Source: Planktothricoides raciborskii GIHE-MW2 | GTDB taxonomy: Bacteria > Cyanobacteriota > Cyanobacteriia > Cyanobacteriales > Laspinemataceae | NCBI RefSeq assembly: GCF_040564635.1 | Contig: NZ_CP159837.1 | Location: 35,801-99,800, forward strand | Direction: 5' to 3' | Length of the DNA: 64,000 nt | Shown here: piece by piece, positions 1 to 9,837 of the stretch | Layout: each line of letters starts with the position of its first letter | Numbering within the stretch: the first letter of the stretch is position 1 | Made by a program: the position numbers and the translations under genes | Notes under the pieces: generated by a model | Database searches by the model: none | Told to the model about the DNA's origin: nothing | Seen by the model: the letters and a program-made list of their open reading frames with translations, nothing else

Positions 1-1740
1 GTTAAAGATAGCATTTGTCCCATCAACAGTAATATCTCCACCATTCGTAATAATATTTCCCAGAGTGACTTGATTTCTTGAAATATTGACTGCCCCACCC
101 TGAGTCTGGATGGTATCAGAGGGATTCATGGAAAAATCACCAGTCCCGCTGTAATCAGAGTCGGAGCTAAAGGTGACTGACCCTCCTGTAGCAGTTTTTA
201 GACTAAGAAGATTATCCGATAAATCATCAATTGTGATGTTATTGGTTGCCTCTAAAGAAATATCAGTATTGGTCAGTCCTTCTAAGGCCGTTTCCGAGAT
301 AGTGAAATCTCCAGTACCATCACTACCAAAAATTGATCCATCCCCTGTTACTTCGGCGTCATCAGCGCCACCACTGCCATTAGCGATCGTAATGTTGTCC
401 GGATCTAATAATAAGCTGCCGGTGCTACCTTCTGGGGCGCTGGTGTCAACATCTCCTCGAAAGATTAAATTCTTTTTCCCGGAAACTTCGACCAAGCCAC
501 CATCGCCATTTTGATTGCCACCTTGGGCGCTAATTTCTCCATGAAACCGGGTAGTTTCATCAGCCCAAATAATCACTTGTCCGCCGTCTCCATTTTCTGT
601 GGCATTGGCAGAAATTAGGCTATTTTTATTCACGAAAGTATTTGAAGCGTTGGGTACTTCCCCTTGACCTTGATATTCGCCTCCTACGAGAACTGTCCCA
701 CCGCCATTAGTCCCATTGGCATTTATATTAGTATCCACCAGGGCGACTTTATCCCCTAATACCGCGACAGTTCCCCCAGTAGCAGGGCTATTTGTACTGG
801 TGTTCGAGACATCAATATTGCCAGAAGCTACGGCTACCCCTGGATCTGTAGGTATTCTTGACGTTGAACCCGTCAAACTAATGGTGCCGTCATTGTTAAC
901 AGTGACATGAGAAGCATGGGTAATTTGACCGCCTGTGAGTAAGCTGGGCAAGTCCAATGGTTGAAAGTTTTGGGGCGGTTGATTGCCGGAATTGTTGCAA
1001 TTAGCGGTGGCACATAAGGGTAGTTCTAAACTTAATAAATGATTTTCTTGGTTGATGCGAACGAGGTTTTCTCCGGGCACTGCGGCAATAGTAATGTTGC
1101 CACCGGGAGAAGTGAGACTGCCTAGGTTGACGACTGTACCACCTAAGAGGGTTAAATTTTGCTCTGGGTTGAGGATTAAATTCCCGCTCTGGAGGATAGA
1201 TCCTGGTTGAGAAATGGAAAAAGCAAAGGCTGAAGGTTCGCCGATTAAAGCGCTGTAGTTGTTGTTGCCAAAGGCATTAAACCAACCAGCATTAAAGCCA
1301 ATACCCGTAGCGGTGGTGGCGGTGAAATCACCGGGAATATTTAGGGTGGCATTTGGGCCAAAAATTAATCCCGCAGGGTTGATTAAAAATAAATTAGAAT
1401 TGCCGCCAGTTATTTGAATTAATCCATTAATAATCGAAGCGTTGCCCCCGGTGACTCTGCCGAGAATGTTGTTAATTTCTGGAGCGGAAATAAAATTAGC
1501 CGTTTGTCCGGCATTCAGCCCAAATTCTTGGAAGGAATGAAAGAGGTTCGCCCCATCCCCAGACCGTTGTCCCCCGGTAATGTTGTAGCTGTTGCCGGTT
1601 TGGTTGACTGCGGTGCCAGTGCCGTCAGTTGCAGGTGCGATCGCTTGTCCTAGGGTGATTGTCTGACAAAAAACCAAGGAAAAAGACCCCAATAAAATGC
1701 TTTTTATTATGTAGAGATGGTTTACTGTTGACAGCATCAT
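1..1740 (-). CDS. Large exoprotein with filamentous haemagglutinin N-terminal (TPS) domain. Only the 5' ~580 codons are in the window; the C-terminus lies beyond position 1.
   Basis: Minus-strand frame opens at ATG ~1738-1740 (MMLSTVNHLYIIKSILLGSFSLVFCQTITLGQAIAPATDGTGTAVNQTGNSYNITGGQRSGDGANLFHSFQEFGLNAG...). There is no stop down to position 1. About 80% nucleotide identity of 950-1600 to 8700-9330 shows it is a paralog of the next gene. Antisense plus-strand ORFs 173-514 and 716-910 are artefacts. Confidence 0.8.
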   Translation of the reverse strand, partial: MMLSTVNHLYIIKSILLGSFSLVFCQTITLGQAIAPATDGTGTAVNQTGNSYNITGGQRSGDGANLFHSFQEFGLNAGQTANFISAPEINNILGRVTGGNASIINGLIQITGGNSNLFLINPAGLIFGPNATLNIPGDFTATTATGIGFNAGWFNAFGNNNYSALIGEPSAFAFSISQPGSILQSGNLILNPEQNLTLLGGTVVNLGSLTSPGGNITIAAVPGENLVRINQENHLLSLELPLCATANCNNSGNQPPQNFQPLDLPSLLTGGQITHASHVTVNNDGTISLTGSTSRIPTDPGVAVASGNIDVSNTSTNSPATGGTVAVLGDKVALVDTNINANGTNGGGTVLVGGEYQGQGEVPNASNTFVNKNSLISANATENGDGGQVIIWADETTRFHGEISAQGGNQNGDGGLVEVSGKKNLIFRGDVDTSAPEGSTGSLLLDPDNITIANGSGGADDAEVTGDGSIFGSDGTGDFTISETALEGLTNTDISLEATNNITIDDLSDNLLSLKTATGGSVTFSSDSDYSGTGDFSMNPSDTIQTQGGAVNISRNQVTLGNIITNGGDITVDGTNAIFN

Positions 1741-1794
1741 CACCGATCGCTCCTCGCTAATTTTCTTAATATTATAGCTTACTTATACAAGACA

Positions 1795-2180
1795 GAGAAA
1801 CCGGATTTCTTAATTAAATTTTTGCTAAAAGAAAAAAGTTAACGCAGAAACCCGGTTTCCTCTGGGTCTTGGGGGTTCAGAAACCGGGTTTCTTAACTAA
1901 ATCTTGGCTAAAAGCAAAAAGTTGACGCCGAAACCCGGTTTCTTGTCCCTGGGGGTGAGAAACCTCTTTGCTCTGCCCAGAAACCGGGTTTCTTGAGACA
2001 ACCTTTGCCACCAACCAACAACTTTCATAGAAACCCGGTTTCTTGTCCCTGGGGTTTCTTGTCCCTGGGGGGTGAGAAACAGGGAGAGGTGAGAAACCGG
2101 GTTTCTTTAAACAACCTTTGCCACCAACCAACAACTTTCATAGAAACCCGGTTTCTTGTCCCTGGGGTTTCTTGTCCCTG
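1795..2180. repeat. Array of ~9 copies of a 15-bp palindrome AGAAACCGGGTTTCT. The copies are arranged as ~65-bp MITE-like units and include a ~110-bp tandem duplication (1999-2070 and 2109-2185).
   Basis: Direct reading. Copies lie near 1797, 1847, 1880, 1929, 1981, 2031, 2093 and 2143. The same element occurs at 13183-13245, 26044-26110 and 55266-55350. Confidence 0.85.
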
Positions 2181-2182
2181 GT

Positions 2183-5100
2183 CTACCAAGGGCTACCAAT
2201 TAGGGTAAATGCTGCCCAATAATAAGGATGAGTTAACTTTTGGTTTTCTGCACTTTGCAAGGATTCAGGTAAGGTATAAGTGCCGCGAGAACCGCGTAAT
2301 TGACCCCCTTCAATTTCCACATTACCGTTAATCATTGATAACTGTGCTTGTCGCATGGCTTCCGCTTTAATTGGGGCAATTCCTAACTGTTTATAAAATT
2401 CAGTCATTAGGCCAAATGTACCCTCATCACTGACATACCAAAGAGAGGCGATCGCAGTTTTCACTCCTGCTTGTACGGCTAACCCAGCAAAGCCTAATTC
2501 TGCTTCTTCATTGCCCACCGCAGTCTGGCAAGCGGACAACACTAACAAATCCACTGCTGGATCGTGTAAGCCTAACTGACGAATATCATTTAGACCCAAC
2601 TTTTGATCCCAAAGTTGAATATATGAATTGCTCAAATCTCCGGGGTTAAATTCTCCGTGAGTGGCCAAATGAACAATAGGATATTGTTTCTCGGCGTGTT
2701 GTTTTTGAATATTTTGCAGGGTAAAGTCCTGATTCAAGAAAGATGCTCCCTGGCGAATTTCTTGGGTAATAATTTTCATTTCGGCGGGCACCGCAGGCAA
2801 GGGATTGAGATTGGTAAATTCACTGGCTCCCATTGCTAAAACTGATGCATTTTGAATATTTTGATAGCGGGTATCCGTCAAGCTGAGAGAAGGCATCATG
2901 CCCACACTATATTTTTGCACCAAAAAACTCTCGCCATCATGGAGGGCGGCGATCGGTAAGGTTCGCAAACCCACATCCATAATAAAGGCAATATTTTGGA
3001 TTTCTTTGGCGTCTAATTCCTCGGTTAATGGGGCAATTAACCATTGATAAAGATTTTGGGCTGGTTCTAAATATTTGGTTTGGCGGCGATATCTTGGCGC
3101 GGTGATATAAGTAATCAAATTATCGGCATTGTCCATGACTTCGCGACGAGTCACCGGCAAGACTTTTCTCACCGGACGACCATCAGCCGTCACTAAGATT
3201 AATTCCAAGGGGTCATTGTCTGTATTTCCGGCCAAAGAAGTGGGGGCAAAATAAACATATAACAAAGCAGGTTTGACCCCAGTTTCTCCTTCAATATTAC
3301 GGATAATATTTTGCGCTTGTGGCAGGCTAACATTGACCTGCTTCGACTCGCCAATGTGGTCGCTAAATGCTTGAGTAAAGCTATTTTCAATTTCCGCTAC
3401 CCCTGGATCGACAATGGCGACTTCTTGAGGACTCGCCAGATTTTCCGGTGTGATTTGCCGGACGTTTTCTTCTTCCTCTTCTTCGGTTTCTGAAGGTGAG
3501 TCTAATTCAGTGGCGATCGCCCCTACTTTTTCTGGTGGCAAAATCGATCGCGGTTCTGGTTGTACTCTTTCTGAAATTGGCACAGAAATCGGCGAATTTT
3601 TTTCCGGTTCCAGTTCTACGGATATGGGTTCTAAAGTGATTGGTGCCACTTCTGGAGTAGCCGCGATCGGCTCTGGTGCCACTTCTGGAGTAGCCGCGAT
3701 CGGCTCTGGTGCCACTTCTGGAGTAGCCGCGATCGGCTCTGGTGCCACTTCTGGAGTAGCCGCGATCGCCTCTGGTGCCACTTCTGGAGTAGCCGCGATC
3801 GCCTCTGGTGCCACTTCTGGAGTAGCCGCGATCTCTTCTGCTCCCCCGCTCCCCGGCTCCTCTGCTCCCCCGTCCGGTTCTGGGTCTAACTCCAACGATA
3901 AGGGCATATCATCCCCTGACGCTGGTGCCACTGGGGTTTCATCCACGGCTGGTTCTTCCACCACAGGCGGTTCTTCCGCAGGCGGTTCTTCCACGGGCGG
4001 TTCTTCCACGGGGGTTTCTGGTTCAGCGGTAATCACCCGAATATTCCCTTGTTCCAGCGGGCCGGGGAACGAGGAACCTAGCGGGATCGTATTATTTGCC
4101 CCAGTGGTAATCACCCCAGCAGTGCCGTTGGTCGTGGGATCGCCCACCACAAAGGGAGTATTTTGACTGCCCCCGTTGTGACTGAGACTCACATTGCCAC
4201 TTCCCCCAGCCCCGGCAGTAGAAATACTGGCAACTTGGCCATTTTGGTCGGTAAAAGTATTATTAGCGCGGAAAACGCCCCCAGTGACAATTTCAACATT
4301 GCCACCGCTGCCTCGTAAACCCCCTTGAGCATTAATAAAGCCAACATCAATAAAATCCTCTGGGTCGAGTAAGACATTCCCGCCATTTCCTACCGTACCG
4401 CTGCTATCAATATCCTCAGTGGTAATACTTGTTAATGCCTGAACGGTAATATCGCCCCCGGTTATCCCCGTAGAGGTTAAATTTCCGGTGGTGACAACTC
4501 CGTTGGGACTATTTACAGCGATCGCACCGCCAGTCCCATTAGGATTAGAACTATCCAAGTTGCCCACCGTCACATCACCAACCGGGTTGGTTAAACTGAT
4601 TAAACCCCCACTGGTTGTAATGTTGACGTTATTAGTAATTAGCTGATTATTGCCGGTTAAAATTACACTAGCACCGGCAGAATTGATATCGCCATTTAAT
4701 TCAATGGTATCCGCAGTGGCTTGTAATCCACTATTAATCAAGCCGGTAACAGTTAAACGATTTAAAGGGGTGAGATTACCCAGAATTCCCCCAAAAGAAA
4801 CGCGACCAGTTCCGGCATTTAACGTCAGCGTCCGGTTGCCATTAATCGTTCCGGTAAATATGATATCCCCAGCCCCCGCGCCAGTATCCAAAGTAAGATC
4901 GTTGTTGAGAATCATATCTCCAGCGATCGCGATCGTTTGGTTGTTGGTACTAATCCCGGCATTTAAGAACAGATTACTGGTGTTAAAATTCACCGTAGCA
5001 TTATCGATCGCAGTAATCGTTCCGTTGACCGTTACTTGCCCTGTTCCTGATTGAATTGTCACCGGATCGCTAAAGCTAATCGCCCCTAAATTTACCATCC

Positions 5101-8100
5101 CAGTTCCATCACTGCGACCAATAGTAATACTGCTAAATCCATTAGATAAATTCGCGATTTCTGCCAGAGAAATGTTAAAGGTTCCGGTTTCACCTCCAAT
5201 TTCAATGGGAGTATTTTGATTAAATGGTTGTAAGATTAAATTGCCTGGACTGGTGAGAGTATTATTTAAGGCAATAGTATCGCCAGTAAAAGTGATATTA
5301 CTGGCGGCATTAATCGCCCCGGTGGTAGAAATGCCGCCATTATTTGCCGTGACATTTAAAAGACCGCCACTGGTTAGGTTATTGTTGAGAGAGATAGAAT
5401 TTCCCGTCAGGGTAATATCTGTCCCCGCTTCAACAATTTCCGTAGAAATATCGCCATTATTTGCCGTGACATTTAAAAGACCGCCACTGGTTAGGTTATT
5501 GTTGAGAGAGATAGAATTTCCCGTGAGGGTAATATCTGTCCCCGCTTCAACAATTTCCGTAGAAATATCGCCATTATTTGCCGTGACATTTAAAAGACCG
5601 CCACTGGTTAGGTTATTGTTGAGAGAGATAGAATTTCCCGTGAGGGTAATATCTGTCCCCGCTTCAACAATTTCCGTAGAAATATCGCCATTATTTGCCG
5701 TGACATTTAAAAGACCGCCACTGGTTAGGTTATTGTTGAGAGAGATAGAATTTCCCGTGAGGGTAATATCTGTCCCCGCTTCAACAATTTCCGTAGAAAT
5801 ATCGCCATTATTTGCCGTGACATTTAAACTACCGCCCACCGTAGAACTGCCTAAATTTACTGCATTAGCACTGGTAATATTAGCATCAGCCCCAGCGCCA
5901 TTAGTATTGACCGTAATTATTCCCGGTGTTGCTAGTTGACTTAAAGTAATATCTGCCCCAATTGCAGTAGTCGTAAAAGTGCTATTTCCCCCAATGGCGA
6001 TCGGGCTATTCCCAGTAATATTGCCATTTGCTGTAATTTCTAAATTACCGGAAATGTTAGCCGTTCCTAAACTAAGAGTTTGGCCGTTATTCACAAACAA
6101 ATTTCCTGTAACATTATTAATATTTATTTGGCTAACATTTGTCTCCAAAGAATTCAACGAATCGCCCACACTTCCCGATGTATTTAAGACTACAGTACCA
6201 TTAGCGGCGATCCTGATATCTGTCCCGGTAAAAGGGCTGGTAATGCTACCAGTATTTAAAGTTAAAGTCCGATTATTACCCAAGGTAATGCCGTCATTAA
6301 ACGACACCGCCCCACCCTGTAAGGTCAGGTCAAAAGTCTGGTTACTTAAATTAACGGGACTGGCAATATTAAGCGCTCCCGTGCCACCCGTGCTACCAAT
6401 TGTCACCCCATTAAATCCACTGATTGACTGAAGTTCTGCTTCGGTTAAATTCAAACCCGGTGACTGGTTAATCCCACCGATTTCAATTGGTGAGTTATCG
6501 ATTATTGGTTGCACAAGTAAGCTGCCATTACCGGATATTGTCCCATTGATATTTAATTCCCCAGCAGTGATTTGTGGGTTGGAATTAACAAAGGTGACGT
6601 TACCGTTATATTCTTGAGTGCCAAGAGTGGTGACATTGCCATTAATACTTGTGTTTTGTCCTAATATGTTAAGACTATTCAGACGGGTATTATTACCAAC
6701 GGCGCCACCAATATTAACATTGCCAGTCCCCGCATTTAGGGTTAAATTGTAACTCCCGTCTATAGTTCCCTGAAAATCAATAGTACCAGATCCACTATTC
6801 AAAGTAGCATCAGCCCCTAAAGTGGTGTTGCCGATAATGCCGATGTTTTGATTGTTAGTAGTAATATCGGCATTTAATGTTGTTGGGCCGATGAGAGTCA
6901 CAGAAGCGTTATCATTTCCCAAAATTTGAAAATTGTTTGTAATCGAACCACCGGGAGACTGAATCGTCACTGGGTCTGAAAATCCTAGACCGGAAGTTGG
7001 CCCATCGATAGTAATGGCACCCGTACCGTCAGCCCGTCCAATAGTAATAGAATTAAAACCGTTTTGAATATTAGCTAATTCTGACTCGGTTAAATATAAA
7101 ATCCCTACTCCAGTACCTCCAGACCCTCCCAGGGAAATATTTTGCCCCACGGTGGTAGGTTGCAGAGTTAGACTGCCCGTACCAGAGATACTACCTACAT
7201 TGTTAATATTAATTTCGTCTGCTGTGAGAGTGAGGGCATTATTTCCAACAATTAAAGGAGCATTTATTTCAATTGACCCCGTTCCACCCTGAATAATTGT
7301 AGTTGTGCTTAAAGTGAGAGAAGGAGCGTTGCCGCTAATTTCAATAAAGTTTGTGGCATCAGTACGACCAATAGTAATCGAGTTAAATCCCGCATTTTGC
7401 AGTAAATTGAACTCGCTATTACCGCTAGAGTTGCTGTCCAGACATAAGAAGCCTGGACTACATCCGGTAGAATTGTTAATATAAATACCCTGATTGCTGT
7501 CCCCTTGCTGAATGACTAAATCTAGTCCGGTTTGAGTGGTGGATATAGTATTGGTATCTAAGTTAATATCATTGGCCGTAAGGGTGACATAATTGCCAAA
7601 TTGAACTGTCGGCGGACTATTAGCCCTTCCTGCTCTGCGTAAGTCAATAAAACCAATTCCCGCATCAATATTTCCATTGACGGTAATGGTGCTGTTGCTG
7701 CCAGTTTCCGCGATGAAATTTCCCCCATTGGTGGTGATATTTCCCAGATTAATTTGATTTCCTGTGCGGGAAGAATTACCCGCTGAAATTGTGATATCTC
7801 CTCCCTGTGTCACGATCGCATCCGCAGGATTCATAGTAAAATCACCGACTCCATTAAAATCAGCATCGGCGATCAAACTCACTGATCCAGCAGCACCCAT
7901 TTGCAGACTCAGGGTATTGTCTGATAAGTCTTCAATAGTGATATTGTCGGCGGCTTCTAAAATAATACTACTATTAGCCCCGATCGCTTCTAATGCCGTT
8001 TCAGAAATAGTGTAATTTGCGCCTGCGGTGAGCGTATCATCGAAAATGACTCCTTCGGGATCGCCAAAAGGTTCACCCGCATTCAATTGGTTATCATTAG

Positions 8101-9520
8101 GCGCACCACTGCCATCAACAATGGTAATATTATCTGGGTCTAATAATAAAGTGCCGGTGCTACCTTGGGGGGCGCTGGTGTCTACCTGACCTCGGAAAAT
8201 TAAATCTTGTTTGCCGGAAACTTCAACAAAGCCACCATTGCCATTTTGACTGCCACCTTTGGCGCTAATTTCTCCATGAAACCGGGTAGTTTCATCAGCC
8301 CAAATAATGACTTGTCCCCCGTCGCCATTTTCTAAAGAATCCACAGAAATCAGCGTATCTTTACTGACGAAAGTTTCTGAAGCGTTGGGGACTTCTCCTT
8401 CGCCGCGATATTCTCCTCCGACTAAGACCACACCGCCATCATCAATCCCACTGGCGTTAATAAGGGCATCGACTAAGGCAACTTTGTCCCCTAATACAGC
8501 GATCGCGCCCCCAGTCCCATTGCCATTCGTGCTGGTATTTGAGACATCAATATTACCGGAAGCCACGGTGACACCGGGATCTGTGGGTATTCTTAGGGTT
8601 GAACCTGTGAGGCTGATGGTGCCGTCATTGTTAACCGTCACGTTGGAAGCATGGGTGATGTGACCCCCAGTGAGTAAGCTGGGCAAGTCTAAGGGCTGAA
8701 AGTTTTGCGGCGGTTGGTTAGGGGAATTGTTGCCCGTGGGTGAGGTGGGAATTTCTAAGCTGAGGAGATGGTTTTCCTGGTTGATGCGAACCAGGTTTTC
8801 TCCCGGTACGGCAGCAATGGTGATATTACCACCGGGAGAGGAAAGGGTGCCTAAGTTGACGACTGTTCCCCCCAAGAGGGTTAGCTTTTGTTCGGGGTTG
8901 AGGCTGAGGTTGCCTTCATTGAGAATAGCCCCCGGTTGGGAGAGGGAAAAGGCAAAGGTGGAGGGTTCGCCCACTAAGGCGCTGTAGTTGTTGCTGCCAA
9001 AGGCGTTGAAGGCTTCTGAGTTAAAGCCAATGTTGGTGGAGGTGGTGGCGGTGAAGTCCCCTAAAACGTTGAGACTGGCGTTGGGGCCAAAAATAATGCC
9101 CGCAGGGTTCATTAAGAATAGGTTGGAGTTGCCCCCGGTGACTTGAATTAAGCCGTTAATAATAGAGGCGTTGCCCCCGGTGACTCTGCCAAGGATGTTG
9201 TTGATTTCTGGAGAGGAGAGAAAGTTGGCGGTCTGTCCCGCGTTGAGGCCAAATTCTTGGAAGGAGTGGAAGAGGTTCGCCCCGTCCCCAGACCGTTGTC
9301 CCCCGGTAATGTTGTAGGTGTTGCCGGTTTGGTTGACTACGGTTCCAGTGTTGTCAGCAGCAGGAATAGGTGCGGTTTGCGCGATCGCATTTTCGCCCAT
9401 AATGCCACAAATTACATTGATTGCCCCCAGGATTCCATAAAATATGACCAAATTTTTAGTCTTCCGAGTTATTAGTTGGGCTTCAGCCTTCCCAGTTTGT
9501 CGCTGTTGATGGTAGTTCAT
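2183..9520 (-). CDS. Giant exoprotein (2445 aa). It has an N-terminal filamentous haemagglutinin/TPS secretion domain, a long beta-helical repeat region, a Pro/Glu/Thr-rich linker and a C-terminal CHAT (caspase-like peptidase) domain.
   Basis: Complete 7338-nt ORF. The N-terminus reads NITGGQRSGDGANLFHSFQEFGLNAGQTANF (TPS-domain signature). The C-terminus reads IVHLATHGEF ... DLLVLSACQTAVG (CHAT His/Cys dyad). Internal exact repeats are present. Confidence 0.9.
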   Translation of the reverse strand: MNYHQQRQTGKAEAQLITRKTKNLVIFYGILGAINVICGIMGENAIAQTAPIPAADNTGTVVNQTGNTYNITGGQRSGDGANLFHSFQEFGLNAGQTANFLSSPEINNILGRVTGGNASIINGLIQVTGGNSNLFLMNPAGIIFGPNASLNVLGDFTATTSTNIGFNSEAFNAFGSNNYSALVGEPSTFAFSLSQPGAILNEGNLSLNPEQKLTLLGGTVVNLGTLSSPGGNITIAAVPGENLVRINQENHLLSLEIPTSPTGNNSPNQPPQNFQPLDLPSLLTGGHITHASNVTVNNDGTISLTGSTLRIPTDPGVTVASGNIDVSNTSTNGNGTGGAIAVLGDKVALVDALINASGIDDGGVVLVGGEYRGEGEVPNASETFVSKDTLISVDSLENGDGGQVIIWADETTRFHGEISAKGGSQNGNGGFVEVSGKQDLIFRGQVDTSAPQGSTGTLLLDPDNITIVDGSGAPNDNQLNAGEPFGDPEGVIFDDTLTAGANYTISETALEAIGANSSIILEAADNITIEDLSDNTLSLQMGAAGSVSLIADADFNGVGDFTMNPADAIVTQGGDITISAGNSSRTGNQINLGNITTNGGNFIAETGSNSTITVNGNIDAGIGFIDLRRAGRANSPPTVQFGNYVTLTANDINLDTNTISTTQTGLDLVIQQGDSNQGIYINNSTGCSPGFLCLDSNSSGNSEFNLLQNAGFNSITIGRTDATNFIEISGNAPSLTLSTTTIIQGGTGSIEINAPLIVGNNALTLTADEININNVGSISGTGSLTLQPTTVGQNISLGGSGGTGVGILYLTESELANIQNGFNSITIGRADGTGAITIDGPTSGLGFSDPVTIQSPGGSITNNFQILGNDNASVTLIGPTTLNADITTNNQNIGIIGNTTLGADATLNSGSGTIDFQGTIDGSYNLTLNAGTGNVNIGGAVGNNTRLNSLNILGQNTSINGNVTTLGTQEYNGNVTFVNSNPQITAGELNINGTISGNGSLLVQPIIDNSPIEIGGINQSPGLNLTEAELQSISGFNGVTIGSTGGTGALNIASPVNLSNQTFDLTLQGGAVSFNDGITLGNNRTLTLNTGSITSPFTGTDIRIAANGTVVLNTSGSVGDSLNSLETNVSQININNVTGNLFVNNGQTLSLGTANISGNLEITANGNITGNSPIAIGGNSTFTTTAIGADITLSQLATPGIITVNTNGAGADANITSANAVNLGSSTVGGSLNVTANNGDISTEIVEAGTDITLTGNSISLNNNLTSGGLLNVTANNGDISTEIVEAGTDITLTGNSISLNNNLTSGGLLNVTANNGDISTEIVEAGTDITLTGNSISLNNNLTSGGLLNVTANNGDISTEIVEAGTDITLTGNSISLNNNLTSGGLLNVTANNGGISTTGAINAASNITFTGDTIALNNTLTSPGNLILQPFNQNTPIEIGGETGTFNISLAEIANLSNGFSSITIGRSDGTGMVNLGAISFSDPVTIQSGTGQVTVNGTITAIDNATVNFNTSNLFLNAGISTNNQTIAIAGDMILNNDLTLDTGAGAGDIIFTGTINGNRTLTLNAGTGRVSFGGILGNLTPLNRLTVTGLINSGLQATADTIELNGDINSAGASVILTGNNQLITNNVNITTSGGLISLTNPVGDVTVGNLDSSNPNGTGGAIAVNSPNGVVTTGNLTSTGITGGDITVQALTSITTEDIDSSGTVGNGGNVLLDPEDFIDVGFINAQGGLRGSGGNVEIVTGGVFRANNTFTDQNGQVASISTAGAGGSGNVSLSHNGGSQNTPFVVGDPTTNGTAGVITTGANNTIPLGSSFPGPLEQGNIRVITAEPETPVEEPPVEEPPAEEPPVVEEPAVDETPVAPASGDDMPLSLELDPEPDGGAEEPGSGGAEEIAATPEVAPEAIAATPEVAPEAIAATPEVAPEPIAATPEVAPEPIAATPEVAPEPIAATPEVAPITLEPISVELEPEKNSPISVPISERVQPEPRSILPPEKVGAIATELDSPSETEEEEEENVRQITPENLASPQEVAIVDPGVAEIENSFTQAFSDHIGESKQVNVSLPQAQNIIRNIEGETGVKPALLYVYFAPTSLAGNTDNDPLELILVTADGRPVRKVLPVTRREVMDNADNLITYITAPRYRRQTKYLEPAQNLYQWLIAPLTEELDAKEIQNIAFIMDVGLRTLPIAALHDGESFLVQKYSVGMMPSLSLTDTRYQNIQNASVLAMGASEFTNLNPLPAVPAEMKIITQEIRQGASFLNQDFTLQNIQKQHAEKQYPIVHLATHGEFNPGDLSNSYIQLWDQKLGLNDIRQLGLHDPAVDLLVLSACQTAVGNEEAELGFAGLAVQAGVKTAIASLWYVSDEGTFGLMTEFYKQLGIAPIKAEAMRQAQLSMINGNVEIEGGQLRGSRGTYTLPESLQSAENQKLTHPYYWAAFTLIGSPW
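3645..3838. repeat. In-frame 33-bp tandem repeat (~6 copies) inside the exoprotein gene. It encodes IAATPEVAPEP units of the linker.
   Basis: The unit ccgcgatcggctctggtgccacttctggagtag is repeated nearly perfectly. Confidence 0.85.
5335..5830. repeat. In-frame 123-bp tandem repeat, four near-perfect copies, inside the exoprotein gene. Each copy is a 41-aa unit LLNVTANNGDISTEIVEAGTDITLTGNSISLNNNLTSGG.
   Basis: Identical 123-bp blocks start near 5337, 5457, 5580 and 5703. Confidence 0.9.
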
Positions 9521-9837
9521 TGGTTACCCTCTTGTCATTATGAGTAATGCCATAAGCGATCGCCTACTTGTGTTCTGAAGAAATCATCATGGTATTGCTT
9601 TAAAACCTTTGTCCTTATGACCAATGAGTTTCATTAGCCATTTCCACAAAGATTTTATTAATTTTCCGTAAGAGATTTTACTTATGAATCTTAAAAATCC
9701 TGATTACATTCCATTATAGATCACGATTTTAAAAAATTATTAAAATAGACAAGAGTGCAAAATTATCAAAAGCCCCCGTTAAAAAGGGGGGTTGGGGGGA
9801 TCGCTTCGGTATGAAAGCCAGAATTGTCTAATATGTC

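Noticed and set aside
1795-2180. Possible CRISPR array between the two exoprotein genes
   Set aside because: The 15-bp palindromes are irregularly spaced (35-60 bp), and the intervening sequences are themselves conserved between copies. This is a MITE-like tandem element, not spacers.
173-8987. Plus-strand ORFs inside the giant minus-strand genes (173-514, 716-910, 3450-4166, 4650-5054, 5241-5939, 5979-6431, 7764-8015, 8307-8663, 8727-8987, 9257-9475)
   Set aside because: They are antisense to a continuous 7.3-kb ORF with clear domain homology. Their repetitive translations (e.g. GATSGVAAIGS repeats) simply mirror the sense-strand repeats.
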